From Candidatus Micrarchaeia archaeon (GTDB lineage Archaea > Micrarchaeota > Micrarchaeia > Norongarragalinales > CAINOH01): DNA of 63,972 nucleotides. Positions 45,781 through 54,303 of the stretch are shown one piece after another. The notes beneath the pieces are model-generated. The model did no database searches. It was given only the letters and a program-made list of their open reading frames with translations, and was not told the DNA's origin. Positions within the stretch are counted from its first letter, which is position 1; every line of letters begins with the position of its first letter. The stretch is from NCBI GenBank assembly GCA_041663565.1, contig JBAYMJ010000005.1:1-63972 (forward strand). The letters run 5' to 3'. Made by a program: the position numbers and the translations under genes.

Positions 45781-46809
45781 TTGGAAGGACATGAACATAG
45801 TCATTCGCAAGAGCATCAGTCAGTGCACCCTAACAGCTACGGTCACGCTGGTGCAAAGAAGGTGCCGCCGGTGGCAATCGTTGCGATAGTCGCGCTAGTA
45901 TGCGTCATAGCCGGTTATTTCGCGTATGGGGCATTCAACCCGGCAACCTCGTGCAATTCAGATAACTCAACGTCAACGGACGTTTGCACATTGTCAACAT
46001 CAACGCCAGGCGGCCTTACTGCAGCCCAGCTTTCAAAACTCAAGACGGACCTGAATGATTACTTGACTACTTTGATTGCAATCAATGGCGCGCCAGATGG
46101 CGTGACTGCAGCGGTGGCGAACATCACCAAAGATGGCGACATGTACAAGGCAAGTTATGACATAATGCAATCCGGTTCCGTTGCGCAGTCCGGTTCGGGC
46201 TACGTCACTTCGGACGGCAAGCGCCTTTTCCTCGGAAGCCCCATGGACCTGACGGAGAAGCTAGAGAAGCCGACCCCGAAGCCTGCGGCCACCATCAACG
46301 TTACGGGAAGGCCCTTCAGGGGGTCTGAAACCGGTACTGTCACCATAGTGGAGTTCTCGGACTTCCAGTGCCCGTACTGCAAGGTTGCAGCTGCCAACGT
46401 TGACACGGTTATCAAGAACTACGGCGCAAACGTCAAGTACTACCTGATGCACTTCCCGCTCTCTTTCCACGCCTCAGCGCAGAAGACATCCGAAGCATTC
46501 GAGTGCGCGATGCTCCAGGACCAGAACAAAGCATGGGCCATGTCGGACCTGCTCTTTGAGAAAAGCACGTCCGATGGCGCAAAGCTGGCTGTTGCAGACC
46601 TGAAGCAGTATGCGGCAGACCTTTCGCTGGACACCGCCAAGTTCAACAAGTGCCTTGACGAAAACCAGACTGCGGCCAAGGTCGCTGCTGACGCGGAATA
46701 CGGCGCAAGCCTCGGAGTGACCGGCACGCCCACATTCTACGTCAACGGCGTGGAGGCAGTCGGCGGCTCCGCGATGCAGTCCGCTGTAGAGGCAATCCTG
46801 AAGGGGTAA
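45781..46809 (+). CDS. DsbA-family protein, paralog of 18783-19787
   Basis: EFSDFQCPYC, GVTGTPTF; same leader GGAGGTAGGTTATTTTG. Confidence 0.9.
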   Translation: MEGHEHSHSQEHQSVHPNSYGHAGAKKVPPVAIVAIVALVCVIAGYFAYGAFNPATSCNSDNSTSTDVCTLSTSTPGGLTAAQLSKLKTDLNDYLTTLIAINGAPDGVTAAVANITKDGDMYKASYDIMQSGSVAQSGSGYVTSDGKRLFLGSPMDLTEKLEKPTPKPAATINVTGRPFRGSETGTVTIVEFSDFQCPYCKVAAANVDTVIKNYGANVKYYLMHFPLSFHASAQKTSEAFECAMLQDQNKAWAMSDLLFEKSTSDGAKLAVADLKQYAADLSLDTAKFNKCLDENQTAAKVAADAEYGASLGVTGTPTFYVNGVEAVGGSAMQSAVEAILKG

Positions 46810-46866
46810 CTACCCCCCACCCCCTTTTTTTTATTTTTTTTTAGTGCGTAAGCGGAGCGAATCATT

Positions 46867-48093
46867 ATGACAAAAGGCGCAAAGGACTTTCTTTCAATAC
46901 CGTTCAACCGCAACCTGCTCATTGCACTGGCAGTGATAGGTTTCTTCCTTCTTGCGTTCGAGCAGGCGCCGGCGTCCGGCTTGGCTGCCGAAGGCAACGG
47001 CACGTCGGCAGGCAACCTCACAGTCCACTTCTTCTTCCTTCCAACTTGCCCGCACTGCGCGGAACAAAAGCTGTTCAATGCCGAGCTTATGAGGGAATAC
47101 CCGCAGGTTGCGTGGATACAGCACGACATATCAAAGACCGCCGAAGCCCAAGCCATGTCCCAGATGATGAAGGACCACGGAATGGATGGCGACAACCTCC
47201 GCGTGCCGATGACGTTCATCGGAAATAATTACCTCCTCGGCTACGAGTCCAAGGCAACGACCGGAGTCCAGCTTTCGGCAATGCTGGCAGATTACGTTTC
47301 CAAGAACCCCCAGGCCGCAAACAACACGGCTGCGGCTGACAGCAGCAAATTCACGTTCGACATGCCTTTCCTTGGCAAGACCGACCTGCGCGGGATGTCG
47401 CTGCCTGCGCTCTCGGTAATCCTCGGCTTGGTTGACGGGTTCAACCCGTGCGCAATGTGGGTGCTTGCGTACCTGATTGCGCTGGTAATGGAACTGAACG
47501 ACAGGCGGAGGATGTGGCTCATAGTTGGCACGTTCCTCTTTGCATCGGGCGCGCTTTACTTCCTGTTCATGACAGCGTGGCTAAACCTGTTCCTGCTGGT
47601 CGGCTTCCTGCGCCCGGTAGTGATAATCATCGGCCTGATTGCGCTTGGAAGCGGAACCCTTGCTGTGCGCGAGTACTTCCAGACAAGGGGCAGGCCGGTG
47701 TGCAAGGTGGGGAACGAGGAAAGCAAGTCAAAGCAGGCCAACAGGATGCAGGAGATAATCACCTCGCCGCTGACCATCTCGACTTTGCTTGCGATTGTGG
47801 GCCTTGCCTTTGCGGTCAACGCGGTGGAATTCGTGTGCTCCGCGGGAATCCCCGCGGTGTTCACCCAGATTCTCGCCCTGTCCAACCTCAACGGGGTCGA
47901 GTACTACGGCTACATCCTGCTTTACGACGTATTCTACATGCTGGACGACATCATAATCTTCTGCGTCGCGGCATTCGCAATCTCGTCAACCGACTTTACC
48001 CAGCGTTATGCCGGATTCTCCAAGATTGTGGGCGGGGGAATCCTGTTCATCCTCGGGTTCCTGATGCTGTTTGCCCCGGGACTGTTAAGATAG
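46867..48093 (+). CDS. Glutaredoxin/thioredoxin domain fused to a CcdA/DsbD-like membrane domain
   Basis: CPHC; GLVDGFNPCAMWVL and EFVCSAGIP transmembrane Cys pair. Confidence 0.85.
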   Translation: MTKGAKDFLSIPFNRNLLIALAVIGFFLLAFEQAPASGLAAEGNGTSAGNLTVHFFFLPTCPHCAEQKLFNAELMREYPQVAWIQHDISKTAEAQAMSQMMKDHGMDGDNLRVPMTFIGNNYLLGYESKATTGVQLSAMLADYVSKNPQAANNTAAADSSKFTFDMPFLGKTDLRGMSLPALSVILGLVDGFNPCAMWVLAYLIALVMELNDRRRMWLIVGTFLFASGALYFLFMTAWLNLFLLVGFLRPVVIIIGLIALGSGTLAVREYFQTRGRPVCKVGNEESKSKQANRMQEIITSPLTISTLLAIVGLAFAVNAVEFVCSAGIPAVFTQILALSNLNGVEYYGYILLYDVFYMLDDIIIFCVAAFAISSTDFTQRYAGFSKIVGGGILFILGFLMLFAPGLLR

Positions 48094-48187
48094 CGGCTGT
48101 GTTGCTTGACTGCACAGCGGCAGCCTAGCGCAGGTGAAGACGTGGGCGCCCGGCGGACCCGATACCCCCAAAGAAAAGCGGCCGGCT

Positions 48188-50119
48188 TTAGAACGGGAGC
48201 ATCTGTTTCGTAAGCCCGAGCCTCAATGCGTTAAGTATCACAAGCAGGGAAAGCCCCATGTCGCCGACAGCCACTGCAACCCAAAGGCTTGTCATCCCTA
48301 ATACGGCCATCACTCCGACGCTCCCCTTCACGAGTATGGATACCCCGACGTTCTCCTTCACCACCACCATCGTCTTCCGGCTCTGCCGTATCAGGAACGG
48401 TATCCTATTCAGGTCGTCATTCATTATCGCAATGTCAGCAGTCTCTATCGCGACATCGCTTCCGATTGCTCCCATCGCCATCCCCACGTTCGCCGCAGCA
48501 AGCGCCGGCGTGTCGTTGATCCCGTCGCCGACAAAGATTACCTTGCCATACTCGCGCTTTAGCCGGTTGACCTCGGCCAGCTTGTCCTGCGGCAGCATGC
48601 CGGAGCGGAAAATCGCTATGCCGGTCTTTTTAGACACCGCTTTCGCGGTCTCCTCGTTGTCGCCGGTAAGCATTATCGGAGTGATTCCCAACCCCACCAA
48701 TTCGCTGACGACGCGCCTGGCTTCCGGCCTTATCCGGTCCGAGATGCTTATCATCCCGATGACGCTACGCCCCTTGGAAACAGCCACCACTGTCTTGCCT
48801 TCGCGTTCTAGCCGGACAAAGACGTCCTTTGAACTGGCGCTGATCTGCACGGGCAGCTTCAAGTTGCCTATGGAATACTCCGTCCCATTAATGGTCCCGC
48901 GGACCCCCTTGCCCGTAACGGAGGCAAACCCCGATACTGGACGGAGCTTCTTTGGCGCCTTGCGGAGTATTGCCGCGGCAATCGGGTGGGAAGAGGACGA
49001 TTCAAGCGAAGCAGCGATCTCAAGCAGCTCGTTACGGCCAAAGCCGTTGACCGGCACGACGTCATCAACCTCGAAAACCCCCTTCGTCAGCGTCCCGGTC
49101 TTGTCGAATACCACCGCCCTCGCCCTGCTCGCCTCCTCCAGGTAGTCGCCGCCCTTCACGAGGAGGCCGTTCCTTGCGGCGGACGTGAGCGAAGACACCA
49201 GCGATACCGGCGTTGAGATTGCAAGGGCACACGGGCAGGCTGCGACCAGCAGCACGAGCGCCCGGTAGAACCAATCGCCAAACGGCTGGCCAAACACCAG
49301 CGTGGGCACAACTGCAACCGCCACCGAGGCGATAATCACCAAGGGAGTATAATAAGAAGCGAATTTGTCAACGAACCTCTCGGTCTTTGACTTCTGCTTC
49401 CGGGCGTCCTCGACGAACTTTGCAATTTTGGATATTATGGTCTGGCCCGAAGCCTTTGCAACCCTCACCTCAAGATAACCGTCTCCGTTTATCGTGCCAG
49501 CGTAGACGCTGTCGCCCACGCGCTTTACTTGGGGGGTCGACTCGCCGGTAATCGGCGCCTCGTTGACATGGGACGCTCCCCGGACTACCTTGCCGTCAAC
49601 CGGGACCTTGTCGCCGTGCTTTACGATCACGACGTCGCCCACTGCGAGTCGGCGGACATCAACCTCTGTTTCCTGCCCGCCCTTTCTTACCCTTGCGGTA
49701 TCGGGCGCAAGCGAAAGGAGCTTGGCTATAGAATCCCTGGACCGTTCTTCTGCGTACTCTTCCAGGAACTCGGCTATCGCGAACAGGAAAATGACCGACG
49801 CGCCCTCCTCCGCGTGCCCGGACAGGAACGCACCCGCTGCGGAGACGGCAATGAGGACGTTCATGTCAAGGCGCTTGCCCAGCAACGACGTCCATGCCCG
49901 GGCCAGTATGTCCTTTCCGGAGGAAATGACCACTGCGAGATAAAGCACGTGGCCCAGAAGTTCCTCCCCCAGGAAGAACTCAAAATAAAGCCCCATTGCA
50001 AGTACGACCAGCGAAAACGCGAGCACCGCGACAGTCTTTTGCTTCCACAACGGCCCCTTCTCCTCAGGTTCGCCGCCCGAACCGCACGTGCACGCACCGC
50101 TACATTCATTCTTTTGCAT
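48188..50119 (-). CDS. cadA: Zn/Cd/Pb-translocating P1B-2 ATPase
   Basis: TGES, CPC, DKTGT, N-x7-K in the penultimate TM, GDMG in the last TM; Cys-rich N-terminus. Confidence 0.92.
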   Translation of the reverse strand: MQKNECSGACTCGSGGEPEEKGPLWKQKTVAVLAFSLVVLAMGLYFEFFLGEELLGHVLYLAVVISSGKDILARAWTSLLGKRLDMNVLIAVSAAGAFLSGHAEEGASVIFLFAIAEFLEEYAEERSRDSIAKLLSLAPDTARVRKGGQETEVDVRRLAVGDVVIVKHGDKVPVDGKVVRGASHVNEAPITGESTPQVKRVGDSVYAGTINGDGYLEVRVAKASGQTIISKIAKFVEDARKQKSKTERFVDKFASYYTPLVIIASVAVAVVPTLVFGQPFGDWFYRALVLLVAACPCALAISTPVSLVSSLTSAARNGLLVKGGDYLEEASRARAVVFDKTGTLTKGVFEVDDVVPVNGFGRNELLEIAASLESSSSHPIAAAILRKAPKKLRPVSGFASVTGKGVRGTINGTEYSIGNLKLPVQISASSKDVFVRLEREGKTVVAVSKGRSVIGMISISDRIRPEARRVVSELVGLGITPIMLTGDNEETAKAVSKKTGIAIFRSGMLPQDKLAEVNRLKREYGKVIFVGDGINDTPALAAANVGMAMGAIGSDVAIETADIAIMNDDLNRIPFLIRQSRKTMVVVKENVGVSILVKGSVGVMAVLGMTSLWVAVAVGDMGLSLLVILNALRLGLTKQMLPF

Positions 50120-50459
50120 GTTTGACACCCGCCTTAAGCAATTCCTTGACGTGGCCGTCGGCAAGGCGATAGTAGACCATCTTTCCTTCCTTCCTGAAGC
50201 GCACGAACCGCAAGTCCCGCAGCACCCGCAGCTGGTGGGATACTGCCGACTGACTCAACGAAAGGATGCTTGCGATTTCGCAGACACAAAGCTCCCTCGC
50301 TGACAACGCGATGAGTATCTTCACGCGGGTCGGGTCCGCCATGGCGGAAAAGGCTCCAGAGACCGTGAGGATTACCTCGTCGCAGGGAATGGCCGAATTT
50401 GCCCTGCGGACAGCTTCCCGGTTTACCGACCTGATTTGGCACACGAACCTGCTTTTCAT
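50106..50459 (-). CDS. cadC: ArsR/SmtB-family repressor (CadC-like)
   Basis: ELCVCEI, SQSAVSHQL, alpha5 site D-x-H-x10-H-x2-E. Confidence 0.92.
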   Translation of the reverse strand: MKSRFVCQIRSVNREAVRRANSAIPCDEVILTVSGAFSAMADPTRVKILIALSARELCVCEIASILSLSQSAVSHQLRVLRDLRFVRFRKEGKMVYYRLADGHVKELLKAGVKHAKE

Positions 50460-50477
50460 ATGAATGATTATTCATAT
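50458..50477. promoter_or_regulatory. SmtB/CadC-type operator
   Basis: Perfect inverted repeat ATATGAAT-GATT-ATTCATAT over the repressor start codon. Confidence 0.75.
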
Positions 50478-50843
50478 ATTCAAATATTAAGGGCTGTGAT
50501 GGCAATGCGTTGCGGCTGAGCGAGGCAAAACGCGAAAGTAAACCCGGATGATTCCCCTACGTTCTGCCTGACGCAATCGATTTTGTCCCAGATTGGTTAA
50601 CCGGTTCGCCATTAGTGCAAAGCCAGTCTGCACTGAAAGCATTAAATAGTTTGAATGGTCAAACGAGTAGGCACATGATTCCCAAGGCAACTGCAATTTC
50701 GTTTTTCTGTTGTCGCTAGTTCTGACCAACGGCTGCGCTTAGCAAGCCGTACAAAAAAGCACCTCCGCCCCTAAGCGGCCGTGCCGCCGGGTTGCCGGCA
50801 AGACCAAAGAGCCAAATCATCTTAACGCATAGTCAATACCTGT

Positions 50844-50914
50844 GCGGAGGTGGCGGAACGGCTACGCGATCGCCTGCAAAGCGGTTCAAGAGGGTTCGAC
50901 TCCCTCCCTCTGCT
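50844..50914 (+). tRNA. tRNA-Cys(GCA)
   Basis: Acceptor GCGGAGG/CCTCTGC, discriminator T, loop CTGCAAA, GGTTCGACTCC. Confidence 0.94.
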
Positions 50915-51142
50915 CTAAAAAAAAGTTGACTGAAAACATCGGCTGGTTGAACCTGCAATGGAACAAAACATACTTGCATCCGGCATTTCGCCCTCCCTAG
51001 CCACTTACTTCTGCTGTCACTGTTGAACCGGTCACAAACCCCTGGCACTTGATTTTTTGCTGCCAGACTACGGTTCATTCCTTTTGCCGCCCCGTTTGTT
51101 TTTTTCGGGCGGGCGTTGAATTCAAAGGGAGATGTTTGAAAG

Positions 51143-52081
51143 ATGGCAACTGCTGGAAACGGCATCAAGAACAACATACTGGAAGCTATAGGCAACACGC
51201 CGCACGTGCGGTTAAACCGGCTCGTCAGCGAAAACGATGCAGAGGTCATAGCAAAGATAGAGTCAAGGAATCCCGGAGGGTCGGTAAAGGACCGCATCGG
51301 CCTGTATATGATACAGGAAGCTGAAAAACAGGGAAAAATCACTCCCGGAAAAACAATTATAGTCGAGCCCACTTCGGGAAACACCGGCATCGGGCTTGCT
51401 CTTGTGGCGGCCGTCAAGGGCTACAGGATAATCCTGACCATGCCCGAGACGATGAGCGTCGAGAGGCGTAGGCTCTTGGCCGCGTATGGTGCGCAAATCG
51501 TGCTTACCGAAGGCGCAAAGGGGATGGCGGGAGCGATTGCGAAGGCGGAGGAAATAGCGAAGGAAACCCCAGATGCGTTCATACCCCAGCAGTTCGAAAA
51601 CCCCGCCAACGTCAAAGCACACTACGAAACCACCGCATACGAAATAATGCGCGACATCGGCTCGTTCGACGCTTTCGTCGCAGGAGTAGGAACAGGTGGC
51701 ACAATCACTGGCGTTGCCAAGGCGTTGAAGGCCAAGCTTCCAAACGCAAAATTCTATGCAGTAGAGCCTGCGGAATCTGCAGTGCTTTCAGGCGAGCCCA
51801 AGGGAGCGCACGGAATCCAGGGAATAGGCGCAGGCTTTGTGCCCAAGGTCTTTGGCAGGGAGTACGTTGATGGAATCATCAAGGTAACCACCTCGGACGC
51901 ACTCGCAACCGGCCGCAGGCTTGCAAAGGAGGAAGGAATCCTTTCGGGCATATCTTCAGGTGCAAACGCACATGCCGCCATCCAGTTAGCAAAAACTCTG
52001 GGAAAGGGCAAGAGGATAATAGTGATTTTGCCGGACACCGGCGAGCGTTACCTTTCGACTGCGCTGTTTGAAACAAGCTGA
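51143..52081 (+). CDS. cysK: Cysteine synthase A (O-acetylserine sulfhydrylase)
   Basis: [10 protein letters not shown] (PLP Lys), [22 protein letters not shown]. Confidence 0.96.
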   Translation: MATAGNGIKNNILEAIGNTPHVRLNRLVSENDAEVIAKIESRNPGGSVKDRIGLYMIQEAEKQGKITPGKTIIVEPTSGNTGIGLALVAAVKGYRIILTMPETMSVERRRLLAAYGAQIVLTEGAKGMAGAIAKAEEIAKETPDAFIPQQFENPANVKAHYETTAYEIMRDIGSFDAFVAGVGTGGTITGVAKALKAKLPNAKFYAVEPAESAVLSGEPKGAHGIQGIGAGFVPKVFGREYVDGIIKVTTSDALATGRRLAKEEGILSGISSGANAHAAIQLAKTLGKGKRIIVILPDTGERYLSTALFETS

Positions 52082-52096
52082 ACGCTTGTTAGGGGG

Positions 52097-52702
52097 TTGA
52101 AGGATATGTTCGAGTTTTTGGACGTCTTTGGCACTGCATACGAAAAGGACCCTGCGCTTCACGGCTTCTGGTCCGGTTTCGAGCTCTTGATCCACCCAGG
52201 AGTCCAGGTGGTACTGGCGTACAGGTTTGCGCATGGGCTGCACAAACTAGGTGTGCCCTTCTTCCCCCGGCTCATTTCGCTTGTTGCAAAGGCAATCACT
52301 GGTGCGGAAATCCACCACGGCGCAACAATCGGCCGCAAGTTCTTCATAGACCACTGCACCGGCGTCATAGTGGGCGAGACTGCGGAGATTGGGGACAATG
52401 TGATGATTTACCAAGGAGTGACGCTTGGCACCAAAGGCTGGTGGAAGGACGTGCGAGGCGGAAAACGCCATCCCACGCTCGGAAACAATGTCATCGTAGG
52501 TGTGGGTGCGGCAGTCCTTGGAGCGGTAACCGTGGGCGACAACGCAAAGATTGGCGCGCATGCGCTTATAGTGGACGACATACCAGAAAACGCAATAGTA
52601 GTGAGCCCGAAGGGAAGGCTTCTTGTAAAGAAGCTTGCAGGAAAAGGCAAAGGAAAGCTTGAGGAGATAACGGAAAACTTCTTGGAACACCAGCCGATTT
52701 AG
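52097..52702 (+). CDS. cysE: Serine O-acetyltransferase
   Basis: KDPA, EIHHGATIG..FFIDH.TG..VGET, KRHPTLG; TTG start. Confidence 0.94.
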   Translation: MKDMFEFLDVFGTAYEKDPALHGFWSGFELLIHPGVQVVLAYRFAHGLHKLGVPFFPRLISLVAKAITGAEIHHGATIGRKFFIDHCTGVIVGETAEIGDNVMIYQGVTLGTKGWWKDVRGGKRHPTLGNNVIVGVGAAVLGAVTVGDNAKIGAHALIVDDIPENAIVVSPKGRLLVKKLAGKGKGKLEEITENFLEHQPI

Positions 52703-52745
52703 CGGTCAATTGGCTTTCGCGAAGGCTGCTTTATTAAACCGAAGC

Positions 52746-52830
52746 GCTTCACTCCTGACGAGGGCAAGACGATAGATTAGCGCAGTTCAAGGCTTGCCGG
52801 AACTGAGCCTGTGGTTGTATGCGACCACCG
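52746..52830. repeat. Proximal att arm plus core
   Basis: Matches 43235-43313 (arm) and 31090-31100 (core). Confidence 0.88.
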
Positions 52831-52890
52831 GGAGTCGAACCCGGGCTTACAGCTTGGAGGGCTGTCATCATACCGTTAGACCATGGTCGC
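52820..52890 (-). tRNA. tRNA-Gly(TCC), integration target
   Basis: Acceptor GCGACCA/TGGTCGC-A, arm ACAGC-CCTCCAA-GCTGT, GGTTCGACTCC. Confidence 0.96.
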
Positions 52891-52999
52891 GCGTAGGATT
52901 GTGATATTACGACTAATAGTAGGAAAATAATCTTGCAAGGCAACCAATAAAAGAGGTGCGAAGGCAAAAGGCCCCCTGCCGGGCAATCCCGCTTTGCCT

Positions 53000-53509
53000 T
53001 CACCACCTGTCCTTGTGCACGCGCGACTTGTCGAACCGGTCGGTCACGGGCTTCTGCTCGGCAGGATAACCTATCGGGATGACCGAAAGCGGGATTACGT
53101 TCTCGGGCAGGCCGAGAATCTTCTGTATCCCGGTGGCCCTTCCCGGGAGCGGGTACGCCGCGGTCCACACCGCGCCCAAGCCCAGCGAGTGCGCCGCAAG
53201 GAGGATGTTTGTCGATGCTATTGCGCAGTCCTGCTGCCACAGCCCGTCAATCTTGAGCAGGCCGGTGTCCCCGCATACCACTATCGCGAGGGCCGCTGCC
53301 GGCACCATCTGCGCGTGGGCGCTGACTTTTGGGATTTCCGAAAGCACGGCCTTGTCCGTAATCACGATGAAGTGCCAGGGCCGCTCGTTTACCGCGCTCG
53401 GCCCCTGCATGGCGGCGGTAAGTATCGCGTCTATCTTTTCCTGCTCGACCGGCTTCTGCTGGTACTTGCGGATGCTGTGCCTGGTCTTCTGCGCTTCGAG
53501 TACGTCCAT
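53000..53509 (-). CDS. Nitroreductase family protein
   Basis: RHSIRKY, PSAVNERPWHF, AHSLGLGAVW, IPIGYP. Confidence 0.93.
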   Translation of the reverse strand: MDVLEAQKTRHSIRKYQQKPVEQEKIDAILTAAMQGPSAVNERPWHFIVITDKAVLSEIPKVSAHAQMVPAAALAIVVCGDTGLLKIDGLWQQDCAIASTNILLAAHSLGLGAVWTAAYPLPGRATGIQKILGLPENVIPLSVIPIGYPAEQKPVTDRFDKSRVHKDRW

Positions 53510-53513
53510 AAAA

Positions 53514-54002
53514 TCACCATATGGGCGACTTCAGTACGCCCTTTTTCAACAATTCTGCAACGAATTCCTTATGAGTGCCTTGGGAAAAATGCTCCTTCGC
53601 CCTGCGGATTAAGGCGGCATAATTTGCTTGTGAGGTCCGGTTTTCCAGGTGGTGCTTTTCAAGGGCAAGAAAGACGTTGTATTTTTTCAAATCGGGGTCG
53701 AATGGAGTCACCTGATACTTGTTGACGCGGGCAGCATAGGATTTTTTTAAATCGCTGAGTTCCCTAGTATGGTCACGGACATACTCCTGGTCCGTCTGGG
53801 GGGTGCCGGCCTTGCAGGACAAATCCTGTTGGACCGTGAACTGAGGGATTTGCTTGTCGAACGCCTCGAAGGTGAGTTGTCCGGGCTGTTTTTTGCCAAT
53901 CGGACCGGGTTTGCCGCCTGTTTTGCCTGTCAGAAATTCCGCGTCCGACCCAGGCAAAGCAGCCTTGACGTCCTTGCGAATATTGCGCTCACCGAAGACC
54001 AT
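53514..54002 (-). CDS. Hypothetical protein
   Basis: 162 aa; stop lies 4 nt before the nitroreductase start. Confidence 0.5.
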   Translation of the reverse strand: MVFGERNIRKDVKAALPGSDAEFLTGKTGGKPGPIGKKQPGQLTFEAFDKQIPQFTVQQDLSCKAGTPQTDQEYVRDHTRELSDLKKSYAARVNKYQVTPFDPDLKKYNVFLALEKHHLENRTSQANYAALIRRAKEHFSQGTHKEFVAELLKKGVLKSPIW

Positions 54003-54050
54003 AAGCCAACCACCGACTGCGTATCAATAGACCCTGAGCGATTCAAGAAT

Positions 54051-54210
54051 AAAAAATGGCAGTCCACACCCGAAGTGAGGTGCTTGCTGTTGGCGGACCC
54101 GAAAGTCACGCAAAGCAAGGTTAAAATAAGCCGGGACGGGTAAAGGAATTCCGAAGGATTCCAAGTCCTCAGGTCGTGTTAGAACAAAACCCGGTGCACC
54201 CGCAAGACTA
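54051..54210 (-). ncRNA. Candidate structured ncRNA or leader
   Basis: Three UUCG-containing hairpins, complementary ends and a trailing U6 tract on the minus strand. Confidence 0.5.
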
Positions 54211-54303
54211 TTGTTGATTTTGGGCGCGCGCAAAAATCTTTTCCGGCTTGGTGCTTTGTTGCCATATTAGGCGTCGCCTTGTCGGACGTGTTGGTGGCCT
54301 TGG

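Larger units (their letters stand above)
31090..52830. mobile_element. tRNA-Gly-integrated genomic island, probably two tandem elements, carrying metal-resistance and cysteine genes
   Basis: 11-bp direct repeat TGCGACCACCG at 31090-31100 and 52820-52830 (tRNA-Gly 3' end); integrase beside the distal copy; second integrase fragment and duplicated arm at 43235-43986. Confidence 0.88.

Noticed and set aside
50844-50914. tRNA-Cys as a second integration site
   Set aside because: No copy of its 3' end was seen elsewhere in the window.
54085-54180. Hammerhead ribozyme (CTGAGGA on minus), c-di-GMP-I riboswitch (ACGCAAAGC on plus) or RNase P (CCCGGCTTA)
   Set aside because: No GAAA after the hammerhead stem II; no GGCAAAC/P2 geometry for GEMM; no GAGGAAAGUCC and too short for RNase P.
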